A stretch of DNA of 64,000 nt from an uncultured Acidobacteriota bacterium (GCA_963755825.1 CAVWLA010000003.1:1748240-1812239), one strand, 5' to 3'; shown: positions 27,143-35,895, counted from the first letter of the stretch. Program-made: numbers and translations. The notes: generated from the sequence alone by a model not told the origin.

Positions 27143-28511
27143 CCTATTTGTGGCGGGCCAAAATCTCACCCGAGCCTACATCTCCAGTCGCACCTCGGTC
27201 GAGCGCGGACTTGAGTAGCTCAACAGCACCAGACGCACTAGCAAGCAGCGCATCGATGTCAGGATCATCGATGCCCCGAGCCCGCAGCTGCAGCAGATTG
27301 AACATCGTCGCGGAGCTGTCACCCGTCGTCGCTTCGCACTTAGCTAAAAACGCTCGCGTCACCTTCGCAAGCTTCGAGCCTTCACCCTGATTGTCGAGCG
27401 CGCCGAGAATGCGGAGTGCAGAACGCTGGCGCAAACGGGATGCAACTCGTTCCTGACGTCTTGCCTTCGAGAGTTCTGCGACGACCGGGCTCAAGAGATT
27501 GAAATGCTCGCCAGCATTCTCTTTGAGCTTTTTGAGGAGAACTTTCTCCTCCGAGTCATCACCCCGTAGATCTCTTCGCGTAGACCACCAATCGCCGAGC
27601 TTTGGGAACAGGTGGCGCCGCCGAGTCAGCGAGAGAACGCGACGATCGTTGGCCGCTCCGGCGGCTTCGCAAAATTCCTGCAGGAACCCACAGGCTTCCG
27701 AGAATGCTTCGCGATCCGGCAATATCAGATGTTGCAGAAGCAAGCGGTGCAATCCGGACATCCCAACAGGAGGCATGCCGGGATCTCGCCCCTTCAGCTC
27801 CTTGTATTCAGGCTTGTTGCGCATCGCAAAGATCAAAAATGAGTCGAGGAGGAACAGCATCCGCAGCCTGGTCTCCACTTCCGCAAACGCCGCCTGAACG
27901 AGCGGGAGTCGATTGCCCAGGTCTGCACGCAGCTTGCCAAACTCCAAAGCCTCGCTCTGGAATCTCTCGATCACCTTGGAGTCGCGCAAGGATTTCTCGA
28001 CGATGCCCTCGGCAAGTAACTGCTCGGACAGGAACTCGGCTATTTCGTGATCGGCTGGCGCCTTCCCGATTCTTTCTTCGACCGCCTCACGGATCTGCAT
28101 TACGCTTGCAGCGATCAAAGAAGGCGGACTGCCGAGCAGGGACCACTCGAGGACGTACGTCTTTGTACCCAGGCTATTGAGAACCCCGCGAACCGAAACC
28201 GCGTCGTCGTGATCGCGTTTGATCCTCGCCTGCCGAACACTCTGGAGAAATCCCAGTGCTGCGATGATGATCGACAGAGGAGCAAATTTGGCAATTATTC
28301 CTAAGATGCTCGCCATCATGTTAAGAACTCTACCTTTCTGCTCCCCTTCGCCGCATCTTGGATCTTCCTGTTGGCCTGACGTCGGACTCCCAGGGCCGCT
28401 CCTCCGCGGACACCCGGGCGGCGTCCAGACCTAGAGACCCGCCGCAGGACGGGTTGTTTAGCGACGGAGCCCTGCCACGTCCGCCGGTCGGCCGCTCACC
28501 GCCGCCGCACC
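27143..28511. other. low-GC insertion (single-gene genomic islet)
   Basis: The base composition drops visibly relative to the flanks. For example, line 27781-27840 has 29 of 60 G+C. The segment is bounded by the direct repeats and contains one gene. Confidence 0.65.
27144..28319 (-). CDS. orphan hypothetical protein, 391 aa, N-terminal TM anchor plus a long region that looks helical
   Basis: It is the only long ORF in the low-GC segment and has non-artefactual amino-acid composition. N-terminal TM ILGIIAKFAPLSIIIAALGFL. No motif I can assign to a family. Confidence 0.75.
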   Translation of the reverse strand: MMASILGIIAKFAPLSIIIAALGFLQSVRQARIKRDHDDAVSVRGVLNSLGTKTYVLEWSLLGSPPSLIAASVMQIREAVEERIGKAPADHEIAEFLSEQLLAEGIVEKSLRDSKVIERFQSEALEFGKLRADLGNRLPLVQAAFAEVETRLRMLFLLDSFLIFAMRNKPEYKELKGRDPGMPPVGMSGLHRLLLQHLILPDREAFSEACGFLQEFCEAAGAANDRRVLSLTRRRHLFPKLGDWWSTRRDLRGDDSEEKVLLKKLKENAGEHFNLLSPVVAELSKARRQERVASRLRQRSALRILGALDNQGEGSKLAKVTRAFLAKCEATTGDSSATMFNLLQLRARGIDDPDIDALLASASGAVELLKSALDRGATGDVGSGEILARHK

Positions 28512-28939
28512 GCCTCGTAGCGCTCGATGTAGTCCTCGGGTGAGATGCCGGCGATGAGCTCGCCGAGGGCTTCGAGGGGGAGGTCTTCGAGCTTCTTGAA
28601 GCGGACGCAGGACTTTCCCATGTCGAGCTTTTTGCCGGCCTTCGCGAAGGCTTCGCGGAGCGCGGCCTCCTGCTCGGGGCTCATGTAGACGCACATGAGG
28701 TAGAGCGCGAAGTGGCTCTTCTGCGCCGCCAGCGCAACATAACCGAGCGGCTGGCCGTTGTAGGTCTCCGCGTAGCGCTCGAGCGGAATGACGTAGTTGA
28801 TCATCCCGTAGCCGATGACCTCGCGGTAGCCCGCCGGCAGGTGGCGGACGACCATGTCGCGGACGGCGGCGACGACCTGGCGGCGCTGCGGCGGCAGCTC
28901 GGCCAGGTATTCGTCGACGGTTGCGGCGGCGCTCTTCAT
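28496..28939 (-). CDS. DUF1801 (YdhG-like) domain protein
   Basis: ATG at 28939 is in frame with track ORF 28496..29158. MKSAAATVDEYLAELPPQRRQVVAAVRDMV is typical of DUF1801. The start overlaps the gltX stop (ATGA). Confidence 0.85.
   Translation of the reverse strand: MKSAAATVDEYLAELPPQRRQVVAAVRDMVVRHLPAGYREVIGYGMINYVIPLERYAETYNGQPLGYVALAAQKSHFALYLMCVYMSPEQEAALREAFAKAGKKLDMGKSCVRFKKLEDLPLEALGELIAGISPEDYIERYEAVRRR
28512..28606. repeat. right copy of the 95-nt direct repeat (inside the intact DUF1801 3' end)
   Basis: See 27048-27142. Confidence 0.8.
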
Positions 28940-30393
28940 CCTGGCGCTGCCGGCACGCTCGCCGCGAGGAAACGGCCAAAGTGGGCGAAGTGGCGGTCGC
29001 TCTCGTCGCGGCCCATGGCCTCGATGAGGTCGAAGACGGGCGGGCCGGCGGCGGCGCCGGAGAGGGCCATGCGGGTGGGGTGGATGAGGGCGCCGGCCTT
29101 GAGGCCGCGCTCGGTGGCGAGCGCGCGGAGGGCCGCCTCGAGCCCCTCCTTGGTCCACTCCGGGAGCGCCGCGAAGCGCGCGCGGAGGGCGTCCAGGTGG
29201 CCGCCGAGGTCGGGGTCGGCGCGGAACTTGGCGGTGGCCTCGGGGTCGTAGTCGAGCCGCTCGCGGAAGTAGGGCACGACGAGCTCGGCGAGGTCGCCGA
29301 GGGTGCGGGCGCGGGTGCGGTGGAGCTCCAGGGCTCGCGCCAGGCGCCCCGGGTCGGCGCCGGCGAGGCCGGCGGCGGCGAGGAAGGGCTCGAGGTGCGG
29401 CAGGATCGCCGCCAGCGGCAGCTGCGAGAGGTACTGCGCGTTCACCCAGAAGAGCTTCTCGCGGTCGAAGATCGCCGCCGAGGCGTTCAGGCGGTCGGTC
29501 GAGAAGATCGCCGCCATCTCGCCGCGGGAGAGGATCTCGCGGTCGCCGCCCGGCGACCAGCCGAGGAGCGCCATGTAGTTGTAGAGTGCCTGCGGCAGCA
29601 CGCCCTCGTCGCGGAACTCCTCGACCGAGGTGGCGCCGGTGCGCTTGGAGAGGCGCTTCTTGTCCGGCCCGAGGATGAGCGGCAGGTGGGCGAAGGCGGG
29701 CACCGCGGCGCCCAGGGCGCGGAAGAGCGGCACGTGCTTCGGCGTGTTCGAAAGGTGGTCCTCGCCGCGGATGACGTGGGTGATCCGCATGTCGATGTCG
29801 TCGACGACGACCGACATGTGGTACGTCGGCGAGCCGTCGGAGCGCAGCAGGATGAAGTCGTCGAGCGCCTCGGGCGGGAAGTCCATGCGGCCGCGCACCA
29901 GGTCGTCGAAGACGACGTGGTCGTCCGGCATGCGGAAGCGGACGACGAACGGCCGGCCGGCGGCGAGCCGCGCCGCGACCTCGCCGGGGTCGAGCCGCAG
30001 GCAGGTGCGCGGATAGAGGAAGGCGAGGCCCTTCGCCTGCGCCGCGGCGCGCTCGGCGTCGAGCTCCTCGGCGGTGCAGAAGCAGCGATAGGCGCGGCCG
30101 GCGGCGAGCAGCTCCTCGCCGCGCTCGCGATGGCGGGCCAGCCGCTCGCTCTGCAGGTACGGCCCCTCGTCCCAGGCGACGCCGATCCAGGCGAGCGCCG
30201 CCTGGATCTGGCGCGTCATCGCCTCGTCCGAGCGCTCGCGGTCGGTGTCCTCGATGCGCAGCACGAAGGCGCCGCCGGCATGCTGGCGCAGCAGGTCGTT
30301 GTAGATCGCCGTGCGCACGCCGCCGACGTGGAGGAACCCCGTGGGGGACGGGGCGAAACGCACCCGCACCGCGCCATCGATCTCGTTCGCCAT
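28936..30393 (-). CDS. gltX: glutamate--tRNA ligase
   Basis: ATG at 30393 is in frame with track ORF 28936..30813. Class I HIGH motif in RFAPSPTGFLHVGGVRTA. KMSKS-type KRLSKR. Confidence 0.95.
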   Translation of the reverse strand: MANEIDGAVRVRFAPSPTGFLHVGGVRTAIYNDLLRQHAGGAFVLRIEDTDRERSDEAMTRQIQAALAWIGVAWDEGPYLQSERLARHRERGEELLAAGRAYRCFCTAEELDAERAAAQAKGLAFLYPRTCLRLDPGEVAARLAAGRPFVVRFRMPDDHVVFDDLVRGRMDFPPEALDDFILLRSDGSPTYHMSVVVDDIDMRITHVIRGEDHLSNTPKHVPLFRALGAAVPAFAHLPLILGPDKKRLSKRTGATSVEEFRDEGVLPQALYNYMALLGWSPGGDREILSRGEMAAIFSTDRLNASAAIFDREKLFWVNAQYLSQLPLAAILPHLEPFLAAAGLAGADPGRLARALELHRTRARTLGDLAELVVPYFRERLDYDPEATAKFRADPDLGGHLDALRARFAALPEWTKEGLEAALRALATERGLKAGALIHPTRMALSGAAAGPPVFDLIEAMGRDESDRHFAHFGRFLAASVPAAPG

Positions 30394-30409
30394 CGCTCGC
30401 TCCCCCTCC

Positions 30410-31768
30410 CTACTTGATCCACACCGTCTTGATGTTGACGAACTCGCGGATGCCGAAGGCGGCGAGCTCGCGGCCGTAGCCCGAGCTCTTGATGCCGCCG
30501 AAGGGGAGCCGCGGATCGGACTTGACCATGCCGTTGACGAAGACCGAGCCGGCCTCGATCTCCCGCGCCAGATCCTCGCCGCGCGCCGCGTCCGCCGTCC
30601 ACAGGCTGGCGCCGAGGCCGTAGGGCGAGCGGTTGGCGAGCTCGATCGCCTCGGCGGCGTCGCGGGCGCGGACGACCGCGGCGACCGGGCCGAAGGTCTC
30701 CTCGTCGAAGGCCGCCATGCCGGGGCGCACGCCGGTGAGGACGGTCGGGGCGTAGAACCAGCCCTTCCGTGCCAGGCGCTCGCCGCCGGTCGCCAGCCGG
30801 GCGCCGGCGGCAAGCGAGCGCGCCACTTGGTCGTCGAGCGTGGCGAGCAGATCCTCGCGGGCGAGCGGCCCGACCTCGGTCTCGCGGTCCATGGGATCGC
30901 CGACGCGGAGCCCCTCCATGCGGCGGACGAATTCCTCCTCGAAGCGGTCGGCGATCTCCTCCTCGACGATGAAGCGCTTCGCCGCGATGCAGCTCTGGCC
31001 GGAGTTGACGGTGCGCGCCTTGGCGGCCTGCGCCGCGGCGGCCCGCGGATCGGCGTCGGCGAGGACGACGAAGGGGTCCGAGCCGCCGAGCTCGAGGACG
31101 GTCTTCTTGAGCTGGCGTCCCGCCGCCGCGGCGACTTCGCGGCCGGCCCGCTCGCTGCCGGTGAGCGTCACGGCACGGATCTCCGGCTGGGCGATGAGCT
31201 CGGCGGTGCGCGCCGAGGGGACGAGGAGGGTCGTCATCACCCCCTCGGGGAAGCCGGCGTCGCGGAACAGCTCCTCCATGGCGAGGGCACAGCCGGGGAC
31301 GTTCGAGGCGTGCTTCAAGACGGCGACGTTGCCCGCCATCACCGCCGGCGCCGCGAAGCGGAAGTGCTGCCAGAACGGGAAGTTCCACGGCATGATGGCG
31401 AGCACCGGGCCGAGTGGGTCGAAGCGCACGAAGCTCCGCGCGGCATCGGTCTCGACCGCCTCCGGAGCGAGGAACGCCGCCGCGTGCTCGGCGTAGTAGT
31501 CGCAGACCCAGGCACACTTGTCGACCTCGGACTCGGCGGCGGCGATCGGCTTGCCCATCTCCTCGGTCATCAGCCGGCCGTAGGCCTCGCAACTCTCGCG
31601 GAGCCGCTCGGCGAGGCGGCTCATCAGCTCGGCGCGCTCGGCGAAGGAGAAGTCGCGCCACGACGAGGCGGCGGCCGCGGCGCGCTCGAGCCGCCGCCGC
31701 ACCTCGCCGGCGTCGTGCTCGCCGTATTCGTGGATCACCTCTTCGGTGGCCGGATTGACGGATCTCAT
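30410..31768 (-). CDS. NAD(P)-dependent aldehyde dehydrogenase, succinate-semialdehyde dehydrogenase-like
   Basis: 452 aa. ALDH family motifs: FPFWQ, KHASNVPG, ELGGSDP (catalytic Glu region) and GQSCIAAKR (catalytic Cys). Size and sequence resemble Sad/YneI-type SSADH. Confidence 0.88.
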   Translation of the reverse strand: MRSVNPATEEVIHEYGEHDAGEVRRRLERAAAAASSWRDFSFAERAELMSRLAERLRESCEAYGRLMTEEMGKPIAAAESEVDKCAWVCDYYAEHAAAFLAPEAVETDAARSFVRFDPLGPVLAIMPWNFPFWQHFRFAAPAVMAGNVAVLKHASNVPGCALAMEELFRDAGFPEGVMTTLLVPSARTAELIAQPEIRAVTLTGSERAGREVAAAAGRQLKKTVLELGGSDPFVVLADADPRAAAAQAAKARTVNSGQSCIAAKRFIVEEEIADRFEEEFVRRMEGLRVGDPMDRETEVGPLAREDLLATLDDQVARSLAAGARLATGGERLARKGWFYAPTVLTGVRPGMAAFDEETFGPVAAVVRARDAAEAIELANRSPYGLGASLWTADAARGEDLAREIEAGSVFVNGMVKSDPRLPFGGIKSSGYGRELAAFGIREFVNIKTVWIK

Positions 31769-31911
31769 GATCGGGGCTCCTGCGGGGGCTCCAGCGCGGC
31801 TCGGATGGGGATGCTTGGGTGCCGAGGGGTGGATCGTCCGAACGATGGGACCGGCGGGCCGCGAGGGCCGGCCGCGGCGCGAAGGTGGTTCAGATGAGCC
31901 AGCTGTTCAGC

Positions 31912-32004
<93 letters not shown>

Positions 32005-32023
32005 GAGGTCCGGCAGAACGGCC

Positions 32024-32052
32024 ATTCTAGAGGGGGGTGGGGCAGGAGTCAA
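32024..32052 (-). promoter_or_regulatory. sigma-70-type promoter for tRNA-Ser
   Basis: On the minus strand: TTGACT (32052-32047), 17-nt spacer, TAGAAT (32029-32024). Lies about 20 nt upstream of the tRNA 5' end. Confidence 0.65.
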
Positions 32053-32136
32053 AAGCACCCTGTTCGGCCAGCCCTTTCCTCCGCCGGCCGCTTGGAGGAT
32101 GATCCGCGGGTCCCCAACCGAGGAGGCCGACATCCC

Positions 32137-32706
32137 ATGCCCTGGAACCACGGCGCCGTCCCGCGCGGTCTCCGCGCCTCTCTGACCCTCGCCGTCCTCG
32201 CGATCCTCGCCGCGGCATCGGCCGCCATCGCGGCGGACGCCCCGCCCGCCCCTCCAGCCGCCGCAACCGCTCCGGCCGCTGCCGCAGCTCCGAGCGCTGC
32301 CACCGCTCCGGCGGCGGACGATTCGGCGCGCCGCGAGATCGAGGCCGCGATGCAGCGCTACACGGCGCTCCTCAAGAGCGGGCCGGTCGAGGCGCTCGCC
32401 GGCTCGTATACGGCGGACGGCGAGCTCCTGGAGCCCGGCATGGCCGCCCTCCACGGGCGCGAGGCGATCCGCAGCTTCCTGGCGCCGATCTTCACCGCCG
32501 TCGACGTCGAGTCGGCGACCACCGCGAGCGAGGCGGTCGAGGTCTACGGCGACGCCGCCTACCAGTGGGGGACCTACCGCCAGCGCGCCGCCGAGCACGG
32601 CAAGCCGGCCGTCGACTACCACGGCCGCTACGTCGCCTCGTGGCGCCGCGAGGCGGACGGGCAGTGGCGGATCGCGCGCTTCATCGTGCAGCCGTTTCCG
32701 GGCTGA
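32137..32706 (+). CDS. secreted NTF2-like (DUF4440/SnoaL-like) protein
   Basis: ATG at 32137 follows AGGAGG (32121-32126). Signal peptide with Ala-rich linker. C-terminal WRREADGQWRIARFIVQP is typical of DUF4440. Confidence 0.75.
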   Translation: MPWNHGAVPRGLRASLTLAVLAILAAASAAIAADAPPAPPAAATAPAAAAAPSAATAPAADDSARREIEAAMQRYTALLKSGPVEALAGSYTADGELLEPGMAALHGREAIRSFLAPIFTAVDVESATTASEAVEVYGDAAYQWGTYRQRAAEHGKPAVDYHGRYVASWRREADGQWRIARFIVQPFPG

Positions 32707-32733
32707 GGGACGGCGGCCGAGGCCGCGCCGGGG

Positions 32734-33108
32734 CTAGCGGTACTTGTAGACGTCGACCGCCACCCGCGCCGGGTCGCGGGGATCGACGCGCACGGGGATG
32801 ACCTGGCCGGGCTGGAAGCGCGGCACGTCGAGGCGGGAGACCAGGCTCTTCGCGATCGTCGCCTCGTAGGGCGCGCCGCTCGCCGGCCGCACCCGCACCT
32901 TGAGGCCGATCACCGGGTCCTCGTTGACGGTGATCCCGGTGTCCCAGAGCGACAGGATCTCCGCCTCCGCCGCCACCCCCGTCGCCTGCAGCTCCTTGGC
33001 GGTGCTGACGCCGCTCAGATGGTCGAAGGCGCCGCAACCGAGCGCACCGGCGAGGCTGAGAGCGACGACCGCGGCGAGGAGCGGGCGCGAAAGCCGCCGG
33101 CGGCGCAT
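32734..33108 (-). CDS. small lipoprotein, unknown function
   Basis: ATG at 33108 is in frame with track ORF 32734..33690. Lipobox LAGALGC in MRRRRLSRPLLAAVVALSLAGALGCG. The mature part is beta-rich. Confidence 0.7.
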   Translation of the reverse strand: MRRRRLSRPLLAAVVALSLAGALGCGAFDHLSGVSTAKELQATGVAAEAEILSLWDTGITVNEDPVIGLKVRVRPASGAPYEATIAKSLVSRLDVPRFQPGQVIPVRVDPRDPARVAVDVYKYR

Positions 33109-33116
33109 CGAACGTC

Positions 33117-33851
33117 TTACCAGCCGAGCACGGTGACGAGGACGCCCACCGCGGCGATGGTGCCGCCGGCGGCGGCATCGCCGTAGCGGTCGAGGAACTT
33201 GAAGTTGAGCATGCGGGCGCCGGCTCGCGCCGGCAGGACGAGGGCGACCATCGTCGCCAGCGTCGCCGCCTCGTAGAGGAGGACGACGCCGGTGGCGCGG
33301 GCGGCGCCGAGCGGCGCGGCGGCGAAGATGATCGGCACCACGGCGACGCAGGGGTCGGCCGAGAAGAGGAGGAAGAGCGTCCAGACCGTCGTCCGCTCCG
33401 GCTCGTGGACGTGGTCGTAGTGGTCGTGGACGTGGCCGTGGAAGTGCGCGCCGGCGCTCCGGCGCAGGCCCCAGATGGCGTAGGCGAGGCCGAAGCCGAT
33501 GAGGAGGATGCCGGCGAGCGCCTCCATCCGCTTGCCCACCGAATCGAGGACGCGCAAGCCGAAGAGGAGGCCGAGGAAGCCGAGGAGCGCCGAGGTGGTG
33601 ACGTGGCCGAAGCCGCAGAGGAGGGTCACCCGCGCCGTCCGCCCCGCCGACCAGCCGCGGGCGCGCGCCACGGCGGCGAAGGGCGCCCAATGGTCGGGCG
33701 CCAGGGTATGGATCGCGGCGACGGAGACCGCCGCCGTCGCGAGAGCCCAGAACACCCCGCCGGTCAGCATCGCGGGGCGGCGGCCGGGAGGCGGCAGCGA
33801 TCGGTCGTCATGCAAGGCACTATATAGCTCTAGAAGTTGAAGAGCGTCCAT
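33117..33851 (-). CDS. nickel/cobalt transporter-like membrane protein (NiCoT/NicO-type HX4DH motif, His-rich loop)
   Basis: 244 aa, polytopic. HTLAPDH matches the HX4DH signature of the NiCoT family. Cytoplasmic His-rich loop HFHGHVHDHYDHVHEPE. Confidence 0.65.
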   Translation of the reverse strand: MDALQLLELYSALHDDRSLPPPGRRPAMLTGGVFWALATAAVSVAAIHTLAPDHWAPFAAVARARGWSAGRTARVTLLCGFGHVTTSALLGFLGLLFGLRVLDSVGKRMEALAGILLIGFGLAYAIWGLRRSAGAHFHGHVHDHYDHVHEPERTTVWTLFLLFSADPCVAVVPIIFAAAPLGAARATGVVLLYEAATLATMVALVLPARAGARMLNFKFLDRYGDAAAGGTIAAVGVLVTVLGW

Positions 33852-34927
33852 AGGCCGAACTCATCGTACTTGCCCTCGGCGCGGGCTACCGCCGAGCCGA
33901 CCGTGCCGTTCGGCTCCGAGATCGTGCCCCCCTCGACCGTCTCGTGCTTGTAGGCGAGCGCGGCCTGAAAGTCCTTGTTGACCTTGATCTCGATGCCGGC
34001 GTTGGCGTAGCGGTCCTCGAGGCCGGGCTTCAGGTCCTGACTGGGCCTGGCGTCGTCGTAGCGGCCGAAGAGCGCCACCCTGGGAGCGAGCGCGAAAGAG
34101 ACCCAGGCCGAGAGGCCGTTCGAGCGGTCGCTCGCCGCCGACGTGACGGTGTTCCAGTCGTTGGCCCGGAAGTACTCGCCGCCGAGCCGCAGCCGACTGC
34201 CGACATAGCCGATCGCGGCGTCCAGGCGCGTCGCGGTGTGGAGGGCCGGCAGCGCGGCGGTCTCCAGGCCGCGCTTCCCCGAGTAGCCGCCGAGCCCCAC
34301 GTTCCAGCCCGGCGCCGGCTCGAAGCCGATGCGCCCCTCGAAGTCGACGCTCTTGCTGCGCGTCGGGTCGCTGTAGCCGCGGCCGTTCTCGGCCGAGAGC
34401 TGATAGCTCCACTTGGTGTCACCGCCGGTGCGGCCGACGAAGTGGGCGCCCCAGTCTGCCGAGACGCCGAAGCCGAGGCGGTCGAGCACCTCGTTCTCGA
34501 CGTAGCGGTAGCCGTAGAGGCTCTCGGCATAGGGCACCCAGGCGGTGTCCGCCGAGCCGAGCTGGAGGATCGCCTGCGGGCTGAGCTTCGCCTGCACGAA
34601 CGCCTTCTTGACGAAGAGGTCGTAGCGCTTGGCGCCCTTGTCGCCGATGTCGGAGGTGAAGCTCGCCGACCAGACGCTATCGAAGGAGTGGGTGACGCCG
34701 ACGTAGAAGCGCTTGACGTCGGCGCCGACGCCGCTGTCGCTCGTCTTCGCCCCCGTGCCGTCGTCCCTGTTCTCCTTGCCGGTGAAGTCGGCGAAGACGC
34801 GGCCGGTGATCGTCGTCGCCTCCTGTGCCATCGCCGGCCGGCCGCCGCCGATCGACGCGGCGACCGACATCATCATCAGAATTGCCGCGAGCGCGGCCCT
34901 GCCCATCTCCTGGTTTCGCATCGTCAC
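33830..34927 (-). CDS. outer-membrane beta-barrel porin-like protein
   Basis: Signal peptide ending AMAQE. Alternating beta-strand pattern rich in G/Y/S/D. C-terminal aromatic residue (WTLFNF). The 3' end overlaps the next gene by 22 nt. Confidence 0.7.
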   Translation of the reverse strand: MTMRNQEMGRAALAAILMMMSVAASIGGGRPAMAQEATTITGRVFADFTGKENRDDGTGAKTSDSGVGADVKRFYVGVTHSFDSVWSASFTSDIGDKGAKRYDLFVKKAFVQAKLSPQAILQLGSADTAWVPYAESLYGYRYVENEVLDRLGFGVSADWGAHFVGRTGGDTKWSYQLSAENGRGYSDPTRSKSVDFEGRIGFEPAPGWNVGLGGYSGKRGLETAALPALHTATRLDAAIGYVGSRLRLGGEYFRANDWNTVTSAASDRSNGLSAWVSFALAPRVALFGRYDDARPSQDLKPGLEDRYANAGIEIKVNKDFQAALAYKHETVEGGTISEPNGTVGSAVARAEGKYDEFGLWTLFNF

Positions 34928-35125
34928 GTCTCCTCGCCCGCGATCCGCCCGATGAGAGCCACCGCGCGTCTGCCGGTGGAACCGCAGCCTAGGGACCGCG
35001 AGTGACGACGTCAGTCGAAATCCGGTGACAGGCGAACGGGCCGCTCGTCACCGGCGGCGCCTGGACGTCGAGCGGCCGTCGCGCCGGGGAGGCGGTGGCG
35101 CACCCTGGCAGTTGAGGAGGCTCCG

Positions 35126-35884
35126 ATGCTGCGAGACGCGGGCAAGTGGCTCACCTACCGGCGCGAGAGCGCGCACCCCAGGCTCCGCCTGTTCTGCTTC
35201 CCCTTCGGCGGCGGCGGCGCCTCGGCCTACTCCGCCTGGCAGGCGGCGATGCCCGCCGGCGTCGAGGTCTGCCCGGTGCAGCCGCCGGGCCGCGAGAACC
35301 GGTTCGTCGAGCCGGCGATCACCCGCATGCCGGCGATGGTGGCGGCGGCGACCGAGGTCCTGGCGCCCTACCTCGATCTCCCCTTCGCGCTCTTCGGCCA
35401 CAGCGTCGGCGCCATGACCGTCTTCGAGCTCGCCCGCGAGCTGCGCCGGCAGGGCATGAGCAGGCCGGAGTGGCTCTTCGTCTCCGGCCATCCGGCCGTC
35501 CACCTGCCGCGTCGCCGGCCGCTGGTGAGCGGCCTCGGCCGCCCGCAGTTCATCCGCTCGATGCGCGTCGACTTCGGCGTCGACCCGGCGCTCCTCGACA
35601 ACCCGGACCTGATGGACATCGTCTACCCGACGCTGCGCGCCGACTACGAGCTCGTCGAGACCTACGCCTACCGCGACGAGCCGCCGCTCGACGTGCCGCT
35701 CACCGCCTTCGGCGGCACGGTCGACCCGGAGACCACCGAGCCCGAGCTCGAGGCCTGGCGGCGGCACAGCAGCGGACCCTTCCGCAGCCTCGTTCTCCCC
35801 GGCAACCACATGTTCGTCAACACCGCCCGCGCCGCCCTCGTCGCCGAGGTGGCGCAGGACCTCGCGCGGACCGCGCTCGTCTGA
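35126..35884 (+). CDS. type II thioesterase (alpha/beta hydrolase, GrsT/SrfAD-like)
   Basis: GAGGAGG ribosome-binding site. LFCFPFGGGGASAYSAW and the nucleophile elbow GHSVGAM are characteristic of stand-alone editing thioesterases. Confidence 0.85.
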   Translation: MLRDAGKWLTYRRESAHPRLRLFCFPFGGGGASAYSAWQAAMPAGVEVCPVQPPGRENRFVEPAITRMPAMVAAATEVLAPYLDLPFALFGHSVGAMTVFELARELRRQGMSRPEWLFVSGHPAVHLPRRRPLVSGLGRPQFIRSMRVDFGVDPALLDNPDLMDIVYPTLRADYELVETYAYRDEPPLDVPLTAFGGTVDPETTEPELEAWRRHSSGPFRSLVLPGNHMFVNTARAALVAEVAQDLARTALV

Positions 35885-35895
35885 GGAGGGGCGGT

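Noticed and set aside
26978-27169. 63-aa minus-strand ORF spanning the islet boundary.
   Set aside because: It is a chimeric reading frame. Its first residues come from the islet sequence and the rest is the displaced DUF1801 3' fragment. I treat it as a pseudogene remnant.
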